64,000 bases of DNA from Botryllus schlosseri (taxonomy: Eukaryota), in contig CM119371.1 of NCBI GenBank assembly GCA_051294905.1, forward strand, positions 29,762,001 through 29,826,000, read 5' to 3'. The notes under the pieces were generated by a model. That model saw nothing but the letters and a program-made list of their open reading frames with translations. It ran no database searches and had not been told where the DNA came from. Below are positions 38,071 through 50,783 of this stretch, one piece after another. Numbering within the stretch: position 1 is the stretch's first letter; the number at the start of each line of letters is the position of its first letter. Both the position numbers and the translations under genes were made by a program.

Positions 38071-39360
38071 CAGAAATCATCGGCTTGTCACAGTACATCA
38101 ACAACAGCGATAACATTTACTGCAAACTCATTGCACAGGAAGACAAACAGCGCAAAACAAAATCTCTGAGCTATCGTCACGACAAGTACGTCAGAGAAGT
38201 CAACATGGAAACAGCTAACCTGTTCACTGCAGAAAACACTGTTGCTATGCCCACAACAATAGCAAAAGCAGCACGAGTCCAATACAAAAATGCAACGCTC
38301 AAAATGAGAGAAACAATATGGGAGTCGATGCCTCTTCATGGACAGCACAAGAAGTTAACTTCACAGCCCCATGTAGACGAGCTTTCATGGACCTGGCTAT
38401 CCAGCTCTGGCCTGAAACCGGCAAGCGAAGGATTCATTTTCGCAGCACAAGACCAATCGCTTCCTACAAAATACTATCGCAAAAGAATTCTGAAGCAAAA
38501 CACGGACGGCAAATGCAGAATGTGCCACAACCAAAATGAAACTGTAACACATCTGATGTCCGGCTGTGGTGCACTTGCAGCTACCGAATACACATGGAGA
38601 CACAATAGGATTGGTCACTACATTCATCTTGAATATGCAAACATTTTAACATCACCACTTCGACAAAAAATTGGTACGACTACAGCCCAGCACCAGTGAC
38701 AGAAAACGAGCAAGTAAAAATTCTGTGGGATGTACCAGTTATAACTGACCGCGAAATCAGGAGCAACCGCCCGGATATAATCGTCAAACTAAAAAAGAAA
38801 AGAGAATGCTTATTCATTGAACTGGCTGTCCCAGCTGATCACAACCTACTGCAAAAAGAATCAGAAAAACACTCCAAATACGCAGACCTCAAAATGGAAT
38901 GTGAAGAAATGTGGCGATGCAAAATAAACATTGTACCGATAGTCATTGGCGCTACAGGGGTCGTGAGCAAAAAACTCATGAGACATATCCAACAAATTCC
39001 GGGTAACGCTCGATTCGACATGATCCAAAAGATCACATTATTGGGCACTGTGCACATTCTTCGGAAGGCCTTGAATGCACCACTGGACTAAAATTACACT
39101 TGTGAATCACAGCATGATTTCTGTAATTTCGATTCTTCATCTTCAATCATCTCTACCTCTGCTCTGTAACCCTTGCCAATTCTTCATCTGCTGCAATTCT
39201 GTAAACTTCTCCATGTATTGCATAGGAATACCGATTTGAATGTATTACTGAAATTTTAAAAATTTACTCCATTCTCGCCATTTTCCTTTGGGGGCAGGTT
39301 GCTCCCCGGATTATGTGTGTATTTACCAGTTTTACTGTGAATAAAGAATATAATAATAAT
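38071..39360 (+). mobile_element. R4/Dong-clade copy 6 (longest, ~1.3 kb)
   Basis: WESMPLHGQ..SWTWL..EGFIFAAQDQ..CCHC..RHN; a 1-bp deletion at ~38634 shifts the frame; RLE domain; TAA tail abuts the TSD. Confidence 0.93.
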
Positions 39361-40379
39361 ATAGGAGGGTTTCTATTCCAACAAGTCGCAACATCTTTAT
39401 TCGCGAACAATTGTGTTGACAGAAATACGGTGATTGTCCGTTTAAATATAGTTAAGAGCCGATAAAACAATAGCGTTAACGACAATGCAAGTTGGCATAT
39501 TTCAATGCTCTGTTTGCTGTAGTCGTAGTCTGCCATTAGCCCGCGTGTGTGGTGTGGGGAATACATGATATTTAACTTTAAACTTGGTCGTAGGAGTTCG
39601 GGTTGTTATTATTAATCGCCAGTCGCGGTTGTTTTCCCAAGTCGAGGAATATATATTCGATGGGAAGTGACACAGCAGTGCGACGATAGGTATTTGAATT
39701 ATATATCTGTGTAACATGCAAATTACAGATATCGATTCCGCATTGGCGTTCTCACTTCTGTGAATAGCTACTACTTGGTCCATTTTTCCATAAAACTCTG
39801 AATTCAGTGTCCACTTTGTGCCTTCTCGAAGTAGAGAGAGTGAAAGCACAACACCATAGTCGGTTGGTTCTAATGTGGCCTTTGAACATTGAACATGCTC
39901 GGCATTTTCTGTCTTACGAACATTTCACAAATTAGATTCGATTTATAATTAGAGCATATAAGCATTTCGCAAATTATAGATTAGAATTAGAATTAGAGAT
40001 TAATTTCACAAATTATATTACAGTGAGATTACTTGCATTTCGTTCTAATTTAGTGAAATCAGACAACTAGAATTATCTAAATGTCCAAGTCCGAGTTCAA
40101 CACTCCGCGCATAAGAATCCATAACACATCATCGCCACAACCTATACCTGAGCTGAAAGGGTACCAAAACACAATTTGTATAAGGGTCACTTCATCAGAT
40201 ATCCCTATACCTGAAAGGGTACCTTCACCAGAGATTCCATAAGAAACCGTGTTAGTTCACCAGCGATGGGGGGTTTAAAAAGGTGGGGTCCCCTACACGA
40301 GTTTTCATGTTAGCTAACCAGAGACCCCTTAAGACACAACGCCAACTTGCCACCGATCTACTATACTACTAACGCTTAC

Positions 40380-40569
40380 ACGTCTGAAGGCACTCCACAC
40401 GTACAGCCGCATCTGCTGATGATCGAGAACTGCTCAAGTGACCACATTCTCAGTTTTAGAAGACGCCGTAGATCGTAGCATCGGCAATCAATGTTTATCT
40501 CACGTCGGACTTGTTTGACGGGATGAAGCCACGCCACCGAGCACAGGGAATATTTGACTAAAGTATTTC
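40380..40569 (-). pseudogene. Exon-like, probably decayed LDLa-related segment inside a hAT element
   Basis: Acceptor ttttctgcag, donor gtaagc, 190 nt, phase 1 to 2 like the 91-nt LDLa exons; Cys-rich (..KQVRREINIDCRCYDL..RCGCTCG) with distorted LDLa spacing. Confidence 0.4.
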
Positions 40570-40639
40570 CTGCAGAAAATCTCAACATTTGTGACAAACT
40601 TGCTGGATAATATAAGATTTTCTGAATCTACTCAGGATT

Positions 40640-40708
40640 GCTTCGCGGGCTGGATGAAATCGTCTGACGGGCCGGATGCGGCCATCTGCCGTATGTTTGA
40701 CACCCCTG
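40640..40708. mobile_element. Right end of a hAT element whose left end survives only in the paralogous copy at 62866
   Basis: gtttgacacccctg followed by tcctaatc (40709-40716); the same 8-mer precedes caggggtgtcaaac at 62858-62865. Confidence 0.85.
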
Positions 40709-40885
40709 TCCTAATCGAATGTGGCAATAGCTTTGTTATATGTAATTTTGTAGGTAGATGATTAATCCATATGACTTCCAACAGTGCCTTGCCACCCTAG
40801 TTTTACATGCCATGGGCTTTCGTGCTGATTCCCAAATATTCCCGCATATATTTCAAGTTTCGTCTGTGATGATTAGGCAACTTAC

Positions 40886-41037
40886 ATCGCTGACATATGC
40901 TGACACAAAGACATTTGGAGGTAGAATTGATGCATCAGGGTTGTTGGAGTGTATACTTGCATTCAAAATAATTAGAATAGAAACGTCGGATATTTTCCAC
41001 AAATGAAAAATAGAATATCGTCTGAGAGGCTGGGTAA
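40886..41037 (-). pseudogene. Decayed type A LDLa-module exon
   Basis: Acceptor ctttcgcag, donor gtaagt, exactly 152 nt like the intact type A exons; motif remnants LSDD, ECKY and ILPPNV are split across frames, with a stop in the phase-compatible frame. Confidence 0.5.
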
Positions 41038-41265
41038 CTGCGAAAGTTTGGAAAGGTAACAAATATGTCATGAAAGAATGTTGCTATGGCATGTAAAATT
41101 GTAACAATGGTATGGAACGATTGAGGCTGGTATGGAAAATGGAAATTTGCCACTTCATACGATACCATGCCATTATGACTGACAAGTGGCCTCGTGGGAT
41201 ATAATATGTGAATGTGAATAATGAATATGGTCTGATTGCGTGTAATTACTAAAGTAAATGCTTAC

Positions 41266-41356
41266 CGGCAATTTGCATATCCATTGCAAAACCAAGACGA
41301 CGGAATGCAGTGTGTACCATCCGAACACTCGAACTCGTCGCTTCCGCATGACGAAC
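41266..41356 (-). CDS. Exon of an LDLa-repeat protein (type B module, phase 1 to 2)
   Basis: Acceptor tgcag, donor gtaagc, 91 nt: (G)SSCGSDEFECSDGTHCIPSSWFCNGYANC, canonical LDLa cysteine spacing. Confidence 0.88.
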
Positions 41357-41476
41357 CTGCATCGAAATTGACATATGCTAATGATATATGGATAACTCAA
41401 ATTAAAAACAGTATCATCTCAAAACATTTCTCTTAGGCTTAAAGCAAACGTTCTCGTTCGACATGAAATGTCCTAC

Positions 41477-41628
41477 CGTCACAAAGATCATCCTTAAACG
41501 ACGCCAGATGCGATGGTAGCTCGCATATCCACCGATGTTCTGTGTCGCGATGTTTGTGTCGACAAAGTGTGGCGTTTGGCGGGTAAGCTTTGCTTCTATT
41601 TCTCAGTGGTGGCTCGTCGGAGTGATCG
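41477..41628 (-). CDS. Exon of an LDLa-repeat protein (type A module, phase 2 to 1)
   Basis: Acceptor taatttag, donor gtagga, 152 nt open: DHSDEPPLRNRSKAYPPNATLCRHKHRDTEHRWICELPSHLASFKDDLCD; splices in frame to 41356. Confidence 0.82.
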
Positions 41629-42292
41629 CTAAATTATAAAGTACAGAATTTTATCCCTTATTTGTATGTTGGTATGTCTTTGGTATTCTGTATAATGATA
41701 TCACTCCATAGAATATAGGCTATACCATCTTTGCACTGTGGCGCAGCGTGCGCATCCAGCATACTGGACATAGTGCTCGTACTCTTTGTACATTATGTTA
41801 CGGAACTCATGAGGATAAGTTAATCAGCTCTTGCAAATGTCACAATACAAGCAATATTCAGCGGAACAAACATTTTCGAATTCCTTTATAGAATACTGAA
41901 TCGTCGATTTCATGATAAATATTCATTTATTTCATTATTAATGCCGATTATTTGCGACATGTAATACGAAATTTTCTGCCGTGGTGCACCAGACCGATTA
42001 TCACAATTAGTGATAATATTTATAATAATTTCATTATTAATGCCGAATCCACTGATACACCTTCTCAGCGGCGGATCAACATACAAACTAAATCCAGGAT
42101 ATAGCGAATAGTTAGGGGTATCCGGTTAGGACAGAGTCGGGCAAATTCTCCAGTCGGCGGACCGATATCGGAAAAATGAAATGCTTGGCGGGCCGGATTC
42201 CTGAATCGATACATTAAACGCGTATTTATCCGACTATACAAGGATTAATCGCATATAATGTAAACTTTAACTTTGAATCATAGAGAGGCAGG

Positions 42293-43561
42293 TATGGTGT
42301 GTACCTCACGACGTCACGTGACGTAATATAGCTAATTCCTACCATATATTTCAGTGAATCGAAATATTAATATACACGATACTTGCACCAATGCTGAAGT
42401 ACATACTGACTTTTTAACCGTCGCTTAATGTATCAACTGGTGCAATCAAATGATATAATAATCCCATAAAATCAATATCTTCCGTCGCTTTGCCAACAAT
42501 TTCGACGAGGACTTGCAAGGGAATATGAGCTTTACGCCTTAACAGTAGAGGCCAGACCAGATAATATATTCGTCGTCTGAGTATTGTTGCATTGATATTG
42601 AGCAGAGTGTAAAACGTGTTTCTATACTTGCTACCGCCGATATTATCCCATTAACAAGTTTTACAGGAGTATCCAACACCCCAGCAATCACAAGGATTTG
42701 GTTTGTATGATACAATAAGCATATCAAATCAATATGGACCCTATACGCCTGTTAGATTCCTGACATTAGACAACGATGTATTATTTATATGAATTTCAAT
42801 GATTGGTTGAACAAGCATCATTCTCTGACTACCTATAAGTGGCGTATTTCGCTCTTGGTGTTATGTGATTGCGGGTCAAGCTCATAGCATAGGGTCCCTA
42901 AACATTCGCAAATGGAAAATTGGATATTTCGAGCGAACTTTTGTAACAAAGTGAAGAAAATTTTTGAGATTGTCAAGGTGCATGCTCGTTTAGTGTTGAT
43001 TTCTTATGGAAAGGAAAAGAAAGGACGTAGTTTATTTTTGTCCTTGATTTTTTTTGCGGCATATACACCGACTCATGATACACATAGCCTACACACGATC
43101 TGTGCTTATGCATACCATGGAGTGCATGATGCGCATATGCTGCTGGACAAGGAAGTGAAGATATAGCCTTTACGGTTTTCTAAGTCATCCACCACCCCTC
43201 CGTGTTATCCCAGTAATGCATGAGCGCCAAACAGGGAAGTCACGGATACCAGTGTTACTAATCAGGTCATTGGTCTGACCCGGCCGGGGATCGAACCCAC
43301 GACCTACCGATCAAGGAGCCGGACGCTTTACCATTACGCTATCTTGTCGGTAATGGTATGGTGTTAGCGCCATGCATAGAGTGACCCGCAGTTGACATAC
43401 TAAGAAATTCAACCAAAGATATCATATTGACGTGGAAAATTATAATATATGAAAAAGGTTCACAGTGCAGAACCTACCAAAGTTCGTTTGTGAACGCGAA
43501 CCTCTTAATTTCTGAGGTTCACACACAGAACCCGAACGTGAACCTCACGTTCACACCATCT
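42293..43561. mobile_element. MITE copy (family of 20747-21699) containing a SINE insertion
   Basis: Colinear with 20750-21699; ends gttcacaccatc. Confidence 0.8.
43011..43351 (-). mobile_element. tRNA-derived SINE (Nin-like), best preserved copy
   Basis: Reverse complement tagcgtaatgg...ggttcgatccccggccgggtcagaccaatgac...ggtatccgtgacttccctgtttggcgctca. Confidence 0.85.
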
Positions 43562-43578
43562 ATAATAGAGACCTAAGC

Positions 43579-45171
43579 CAGGGGTCGGCAACCTTCTGCT
43601 AGTCACGGGCCAAATTTAGAGTGCACGACTTTTTGACGGGCCGGAATCTTTCTTAACACTATATTTAACGCTCACTTCGGTATATTACCCTACATTGCTT
43701 CAATCTCAATCATAAAAATCACAAAATGAGCAAAACACATGTAATTACACTTCAACAACGCAGGATAAATGTGACACTTGGCGCAGCTTGCTTTGTGAAA
43801 GGTTTTCAACTTCTGGTAACAAGCCATATGAAGCAAGAATCATACCATATTCTAAATGGACGTTGGAATACGTGATCTTAGCTTGTTCTCCGTGAATTTC
43901 ATTGTTGCAAACTATTGTTGACATGCGTACGTGCTACCAAAAGTGGATGCCATTTCTTTTGCATTGTTGGTCAAGCTGTGATAAAGACCCGATTCAAGAA
44001 CGAAGTCTTTGTCAAAGTCATGTAGCGATATGCTCTTTGTATGAAATTTGCCATTCAATTCAACTGCATCGCATTTCAAGAGGGCCCATTTGAAATTTCA
44101 AACGATGGTATTGGCGTCCGCATTAAACGGAGTACTGAGTAGTCAGAATTTATTTTGTAGGCCTACAGAACGAATGTCGGAAAAGCGGGTGGAAATCAGT
44201 AATTAAATTTCGTGTCACAGTTACAAATGTATAGTGCTGGTGCTATTACTCTCCTCCAGTATAGGAAAGTGAGCATAATTTTATTTGTACATTCCCAGAG
44301 TCGTAGTTTTGTTTCAAATGCGTCTCAACATCTCATGTAGCCTATTCAGTTGCTTTCCCCCAGTTGCAAATTCAACTTGTTTATATGTGACGTTAAATGT
44401 ACTATACGAAAGCAATATTAGATACCCATTTTCTATTACAAGATTATGAATCGGCGATGTTTGTATTTTCAAGGAAAGTTGCTATTTCATTTCTCAGTTC
44501 ATACACTCGTGCAAGCATGGCTGCTCGACTTAATGCGCAAACATGTCAGATACACAGAACATCGTCATATTTATTCTCTGCTTCTAGTAATATCTGGGGT
44601 AACTGTCGGTGATTCAGTTTGTGAGACAAAATCAGCTTTCACCACAGTGTCTAAAACACTAATCAGGTTTATTGTCTTGGCGGACGATGTCTTCTGGTGA
44701 ATTAAACTATACAAACGATAACCTACAAAGGCTAGTTATCAATGGTGAAACAGGGAGATTTGAGATTTTGTCATTGCGTCTGAGATGTTTGAAGCGTTTT
44801 TGAAGCATAGGAACGGCAACTTTATTGTCACACCCCACCAAAGTGGCAAACTCTTTAAAAACTATGGCATGGCCTACTTTCGGTTGCGCGATACACCCGC
44901 TTGATAAACACTGGTCTAGTTTACTTCACAGACAATCTCCATCTCCTACTTTTAGCACGAGATACTAGTCAACCGCACCAGTGTTATGGCGTAACAATAA
45001 TAGACTAATACGACGTGTGCTACTTATATCGTAGCAATGCCGCATTCTTTCCAAGCATTGCTGCGCTGCAGATCGGAACTCATTACGAAACGGCGTGCCG
45101 TATTCTTGTGGTAACTAATTATTTTGTCGCGGGCCGGATCCGGCCCGCGGGCCGTAGGTTGCCGACCCTTG
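43579..45171 (-). mobile_element. hAT Charlie-type deletion derivative with transposase remnants
   Basis: TIRs caggggtcggcaacc / ggttgccgacccttg; TSD acctaagc / acctaaga; minus strand HINKLNLQL and FGSTYACQQ*FATM (hAT dimerisation motif). Confidence 0.85.
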
Positions 45172-45993
45172 ACCTAAGATAACGTAATGTACTTCAATAA
45201 CTGTTGAAGTCGATGAGACATCTGTGATCGATCAAATTTGTGTACACCTTCTAAGAACTCTTGTGGCATGTCGGACACAAAAAAGCAAACAAACATTATT
45301 TGTGTCCGAAAAAAAGAAAGAAAGAATAACTTACAGTCACTATAATAATAGCCTATATCAGGAGTGGACATTCTGTCCAACCATTTTACTAATCATGGCG
45401 GTATTTCGTTAATTTACGTAGACTACGTCCGCATTCTAGTGCCTAGTCGTAACGAACTAACTGAACGAAAATACCCATAGTAAACTGCCCGAGTCCATTT
45501 CATGCGAACTCCAGACCTACATATTTCATACTATCGGCTTACTATATGCACTGAAATCGCGAGTAGTCCTGTCATGAAGAATTACTGGAATTCGTCTTGC
45601 ATTCGCGCCAGTCGCGAAGAATTTTCAAATTCGTTGCTGAATTTCATCAATAATATTAGTAGTTTCATATATCACTATCAAATACTTAGCCTATGTCGGC
45701 ACATGTGATCAAGTTCTCCGGTAGAATTGATGGATGGAGTGTTTTCGAATTTTTGGGCAAGTTATAAATGATGCTGGGCCGATAGGTATTTGTCCTTTTT
45801 TCCATGACAAATACATTGAAGACGGGGCGGTAGAGGGCGAAGCCCAGTTGGGCTTTTAGGATTCGCACGTTGCCGTTCAACATATTTCGAGCTTGAATCG
45901 CATCGAATGACCACTCGACTATACTTATCGATCACAAAATTCTATGGACTATTTCTAGACTCAATTCAAGACTTGAAGCTATCAGGTTTGTGC

Positions 45994-46947
45994 CAGTGTT
46001 GGGATCAAGTCACCACCTTCGAGTCACAAGTCATCTCGAGTCATTGCAGATTTTGACTCGAGTCAAGTCAAGTCAATCGATTTTCAAAGGTGACTCGAGT
46101 CAAGTCAAGTCACTCGTTTTTTTAAGGTGACTCGAGTCAAGTCGAGTCAAGTCACGAGTCAAGTCACAATTCAAGTCAAATTGAATTTGCGAAATATGAG
46201 TGATGATTCAAAGTCATTTCATTTTGCTAGCTGTGTGAAAGACAGATTAATTAATCATTTATCCTGATCAAATAACGAATATCTAGTTAAATATACATGC
46301 AAAAAGACGGTGTATCCGTCATGCACACGTAGAACTGCTAATAAAGTATGTGAGTAACTGTACAGCTACATACTACAGTCAGTTCTTATCAGCCAAAATA
46401 TAGGACCTAATACGAAGCTTCGAGAAGTTGAAACAAATTGATATGGTACAATAGCCTACACTACCCATCTATACATCCGTGAGAATATAAACGCACACAA
46501 TACATTCGTTCGATTTAAATCATACAAGAGGATTGGTAAATCTGAGCAATGGGCAACGTAAGCATTGAGCAGTCTAAGAAACAAAGACACATTGCTATTT
46601 AGAATAATTTTCCAATTTGCGGTCAATTTATTTGTGATCTAACAATGGAGGAACCTTGTAATGTACAATCAGTGAATGACTGGTTGCTGTCATAAGTGAC
46701 ACCGGCGTATCTCGAACAATCCGAACATACACAAGATACAGTGATTTATTCGACACCGCTAACTTAATGACTTGAAATTGATTCGTAAATTTTGCTCCGA
46801 GTCACGAGTCAATGCACATTTTTGAAGCTCCGAGTCAATTCAAGTCAAGTCATTTTGCCAAAGTTACTCGAGTCAAGTCAAGTCATACGAAAAAGTTGAC
46901 TCGAGTCTGACTCGAGTCAAGTCATGACTCGAGTCATCCCAACACTG
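45994..46947. mobile_element. hAT MITE with gagtcaagtc subterminal repeats
   Basis: TIRs cagtgttgggat / atcccaacactg; perfect TSD gtttgtgc; empty paralogous site at ~58815-58835. Confidence 0.93.
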
Positions 46948-49389
46948 GTTTGTGCCCAATACATCCACCTGGATCAGTTCTCAAACTTTTTTAGACACGC
47001 CCTACTTTATGATAGTGAAAAATTTTGCGCCCGCCTTATCGTCATATTACAAAATGCAACCAGAATGCTAGCAATCCCAACGTATAGTTTGATGACATGT
47101 AAGGTTGTCACTGCTGATGAGTGAATACTTAAATATGAAATTCGGACAATATACAGAACAACGAATATAAACTGGAGGCAAATCGCTCGGAGCGGGAAAA
47201 ATATTTTCAGTTGACCGCAACTTCACGCACATCCCCCCTCTTCAGATGCTTTCTCAAGCTAATGTAATAATAAACCCAGTCGTACAAAGACCATACCAAA
47301 TTCGGAGTGAGTTCCGCTACAACTTTAAACTTATAATTCTCGGAAAAAATAAACCTAAAACGGCACCAAAACATCTACAAATCATGAAGAGGTATAGATT
47401 AATAATGAGACATATAGTGATTAGGCTACCAGTGTTGAGTTGACTCGTTTTTTATTTGATATGTTTGAGCATGAGGCAACAAAACATTTTACCAAATATC
47501 AACGAAGTCGGAAAATGAATGTATGGGAATCTGCCACTGGCAGACGATCATTTGAAAACGATTGATTCACATTCCTTGGCGAATTTGAGGGGGTACTGAT
47601 GTCTGACATTGGTAATATTCGGATTTTTGGAATCAGTGCGACAATAGCCTTTGATTGATATTAGTTATAATAAATTCTGAGCTATTTATGATGGATTGCA
47701 TTATCAGAAGTAAGGCGCGACTCGTGACATTTGGTTTTAAAGATAACTCTGTTCTATGTCCTTTATCGTGCCAGTTGCTCGTGATAAGAGGCACGCGCAG
47801 TTCTCCGCGTCAATAGACGTTACTATGAATGTATTGTTGAAGACTACGTTCAATAAAATACATTTACGTATTTTATTGAACATAGTCTTCACGTAAATGT
47901 GTCTATATCGCATGGGTTGCGGCAAAACTGTGTAATGGGACCAGTGTTGTAACTATCTGACAAATCTCAGAGTCTCAAGTCAATCTCACTTTCATAGTTT
48001 TGACTCGAGTAAAGTCGAGTCATTTTTAATTCACCACCTAGTCAAGTCCGAATACGAGTCATCGAACAGGGTACATGTAAGGTAGGTTTAGTAATGCTAT
48101 ATAGGATGTTAAGACGCTTCGTATGAACGGAAACAAAATAATTTCTAATATGAATGTGATGTCGCTTTTTTCTATCACGTCAAAGATTTTCATAATCTGT
48201 GATTAAAAATCTGCTAAAAACAACTTGTTCTAAGACGTTTCTTGCTGTTTGGTCATAGCTATAAATATTGTGAAGTCATCAGAGGTCGTTAAAGTACTTA
48301 ACATATGTACTTAAGTAGAAGCAGACGTAACGGCGTCAATTTCTACTAAAGTAGAAGTAAAAGTAACTTTTTATAAGTATCTGAAAAGGTAAGTATTCTA
48401 GGACTGATTTTCGATATCAATATCAATTTATTATAATTTTCTTACCCCCAAAACATCCAAAGACTACTATAAAATTAAAAGATAGGAAGGCGTCAAAACG
48501 CTTTGGAGTAGTCTTTGAAATCAGACACCCACCTATGCCTAGGCGATGGAAAGAAGAGATATACACAGCACACTGAATGAGACATGAAGCGACATTGAGA
48601 TTGTGAAGAATTTGAAAACAAAAATCTTTAGCATTTGGTGTGTCAATGGTTCAGAGAGAGAGCCACATGGACATGGAAAAGATTGTTAATTTTGCTCATG
48701 TTTTTATATATTCAATTTCAAAAATCAGCTGTACGATTCAATGTCAAAAATTAATTTTCTGCTGTGATATACATAATCGCTATTCCAGAATAACTTCAAG
48801 ATGAGCTGCTATATAGATATGGCTGGGAATGGACATTATATGTTCATTAAAAATATATTTCTCAACTCGTGCCTCATATATGTTACGATAATGCCCAAAT
48901 GTGTCGTCAGGAGCGTTACGCGTTAATATTATAGATTTGCCACCATCTATCTTTGTGGAAATGGATATTCGTCCCTCGCTCATGTCAAATAGACGGCACG
49001 AATATTCAAGACACGACCGCGTATTTCAAGAAATGATGCTACATACTTCGCTTCAAAATACTATAAGTATTCCTAATTAAAACAAAAATCGTATGATGAC
49101 GGGTCATTTTGTTACTGTTTATTACTAACCTGCAGTTAATATATACACACGACAGATGACGGTTTTGCACGATAATTAAGCTGCGTTTGAACTGAAAGTG
49201 AGGGCTCCGCGGGGGTCTGGGGTGGTCCAAAACGGGTCCGCGGGGGTCCGGGGTGGTCCAAAACGGGTCCACGGATACAAAAAGGTTCAGAACCACTGCT
49301 CTAGATGTTTTCGTGCATTTCAAGTATCTCAGCCACTGTTTTCAATAAGAGATTTCAGGTACATTCATAACGCAAACTCGACTGTACTT

Positions 49390-50758
49390 CAGTGCTTTTC
49401 AACATATGGGTTGGCATGCACTTGAGCGGCTCACAAACGTGGTATGATTGAGTGCGGATAAAAATCATAAATAATTGCTACTTATTATGACGTGGAATAA
49501 TTAAATAAACCTAATAGAAAATTCAAGTGCAGTGGCTCCCTAACTTTTGTCGTTGCGGGGCAATTATAAAACTAATTTGACTTACCACGCATTGCTAATC
49601 GTAGCTCGTACAACATCTTTGACTCGCACAAGCCGCAGTGGAATAATATTTGCGCACTATTGTTGTTATTATTACTTCGTCAAAAGTCCAGTTCGAAAAC
49701 GGGTGTAATAGCAGACATACAGAGCATCAGGACGTATGAGCCTTCGACATGCTTGCATATGCATAAATTAGGTACTAAAGTATCGTTTAGCACTACGCAC
49801 GAAGATGGTAGTAAACCCCATCATTATAGACTCACATTGGCAAGTTACTGTAACAAAAATTGACCCCCTTCAGGTGTTTTGAAGTATCGGTCGCGAAGGA
49901 ATAATTTTGGGTCGCAAAAATAGTTCCATGTGATAGTTTTTGCATGTCAAAAGTCACTGTGTTGAGTACTGTATCCAATAAGCGGGACACCCAGGAAATA
50001 TAGCTTGATCATGATAACGTTCCAACCTTTGTATTACACAAATTGATTTGAATTCATGATAAGATTTAGGAATAGGAAGGAAAAACTTTTGTTCTTGGTG
50101 TTTTGCAGACATATGCACCGATTCAAGATATATTCATGCACTCGATCTGTGCATTAGCATACCATGAGTGCATGATGTGCATATGCCGCTGAAAAAGGGA
50201 GCAGACATAGCCTTCTAAGGCTTTCTAAGTCTTTCACCTCCCATGCAAGCTATCCGCCAAGCGGCGACGCCGTGGAAACCAGCAGTAATACTAATCAGGT
50301 TTTTGGTATGACCCATCCTGGGATTTAACCCACGTCCTCCTAGAAATCCGGACTCTCCACCATTACGCTATCTTGCCGTTAATTTGTCCGACTGGTCCGA
50401 CGCAGACCGCTGGGATGCTTTATTGTAGGTGTGTGCAACGACTGGTGCGAGCCTAGGAGACGCATTCATTTTGAGGTCAAACCCTTCTGCGTCGGAATGC
50501 AACAAAAAAAGATAAAACTTATAAGGGCGACATGGGTTTTAGTTCACTATAGTTGATATCAAAACTAGGGAAAACAGTTGTCTTTTTAATGCGATACTCC
50601 ATGGCCTAAACAGGTAGACGATTGGTTGAACATCTGACTAAAATATTGTTAAGTATCTTCCTTTTCGTATAACAATTTTTGGTTTGTTTGTAGAATGAAT
50701 TTTTTTTGTTTTTTGCAAAAAAAGTGCGGATGGTGCTCACAGAGGATGAAAAGCACTG
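49390..50758. mobile_element. hAT MITE copy (cagtgcttttcaac family) with a SINE insertion
   Basis: Termini cagtgcttttcaac / gatgaaaagcactg; internal similarity to 12797-14776; no TSD seen. Confidence 0.7.
50075..50380 (-). mobile_element. Decayed tRNA-derived SINE copy
   Basis: Matches 43011-43351 (accattacgctatcttg, cataccatgagtgcatgat). Confidence 0.75.
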
Positions 50759-50783
50759 GTCTAGAACATTGGTATATAACAGT

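Larger units (their letters stand above)
33728..40348 (+). repeat. Segmental duplication, copy 1 (paralogous to 62421-64000)
   Basis: 33728-34186 plus 39370-40348 align colinearly and at high identity with 62421-64000. Copy 1 has a ~5.2-kb retroelement insert and lacks ~62805-62967. Confidence 0.95.

Noticed and set aside
34910..39057. Repeated minus-strand 72-aa ORFs (MCTVPNNV...)
   Set aside because: Antisense shadows of the R4 endonuclease coding sequence.
34635..39091. Tandem family of host nuclease genes or a CRISPR-like array
   Set aside because: Units are 5'-truncated 3' ends of an RLE retrotransposon with a poly(A) signal and TAA tails; there are no unique spacers, cas genes or intact starts.
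41726..41790. Additional upstream exon of the LDLa gene
   Set aside because: Weak donor (gtatag), no convincing acceptor, wrong cysteine spacing and no counterpart beside the 61-kb exons.
40380..45910. TGF-beta-like gene (IISRCGC at ~40400; FD..ILKAQL at ~45850)
   Set aside because: The cystine-knot cysteine pattern is absent, the paralogous segment at 58650-58750 does not keep the frame, and LDLa-derived decay fits better.
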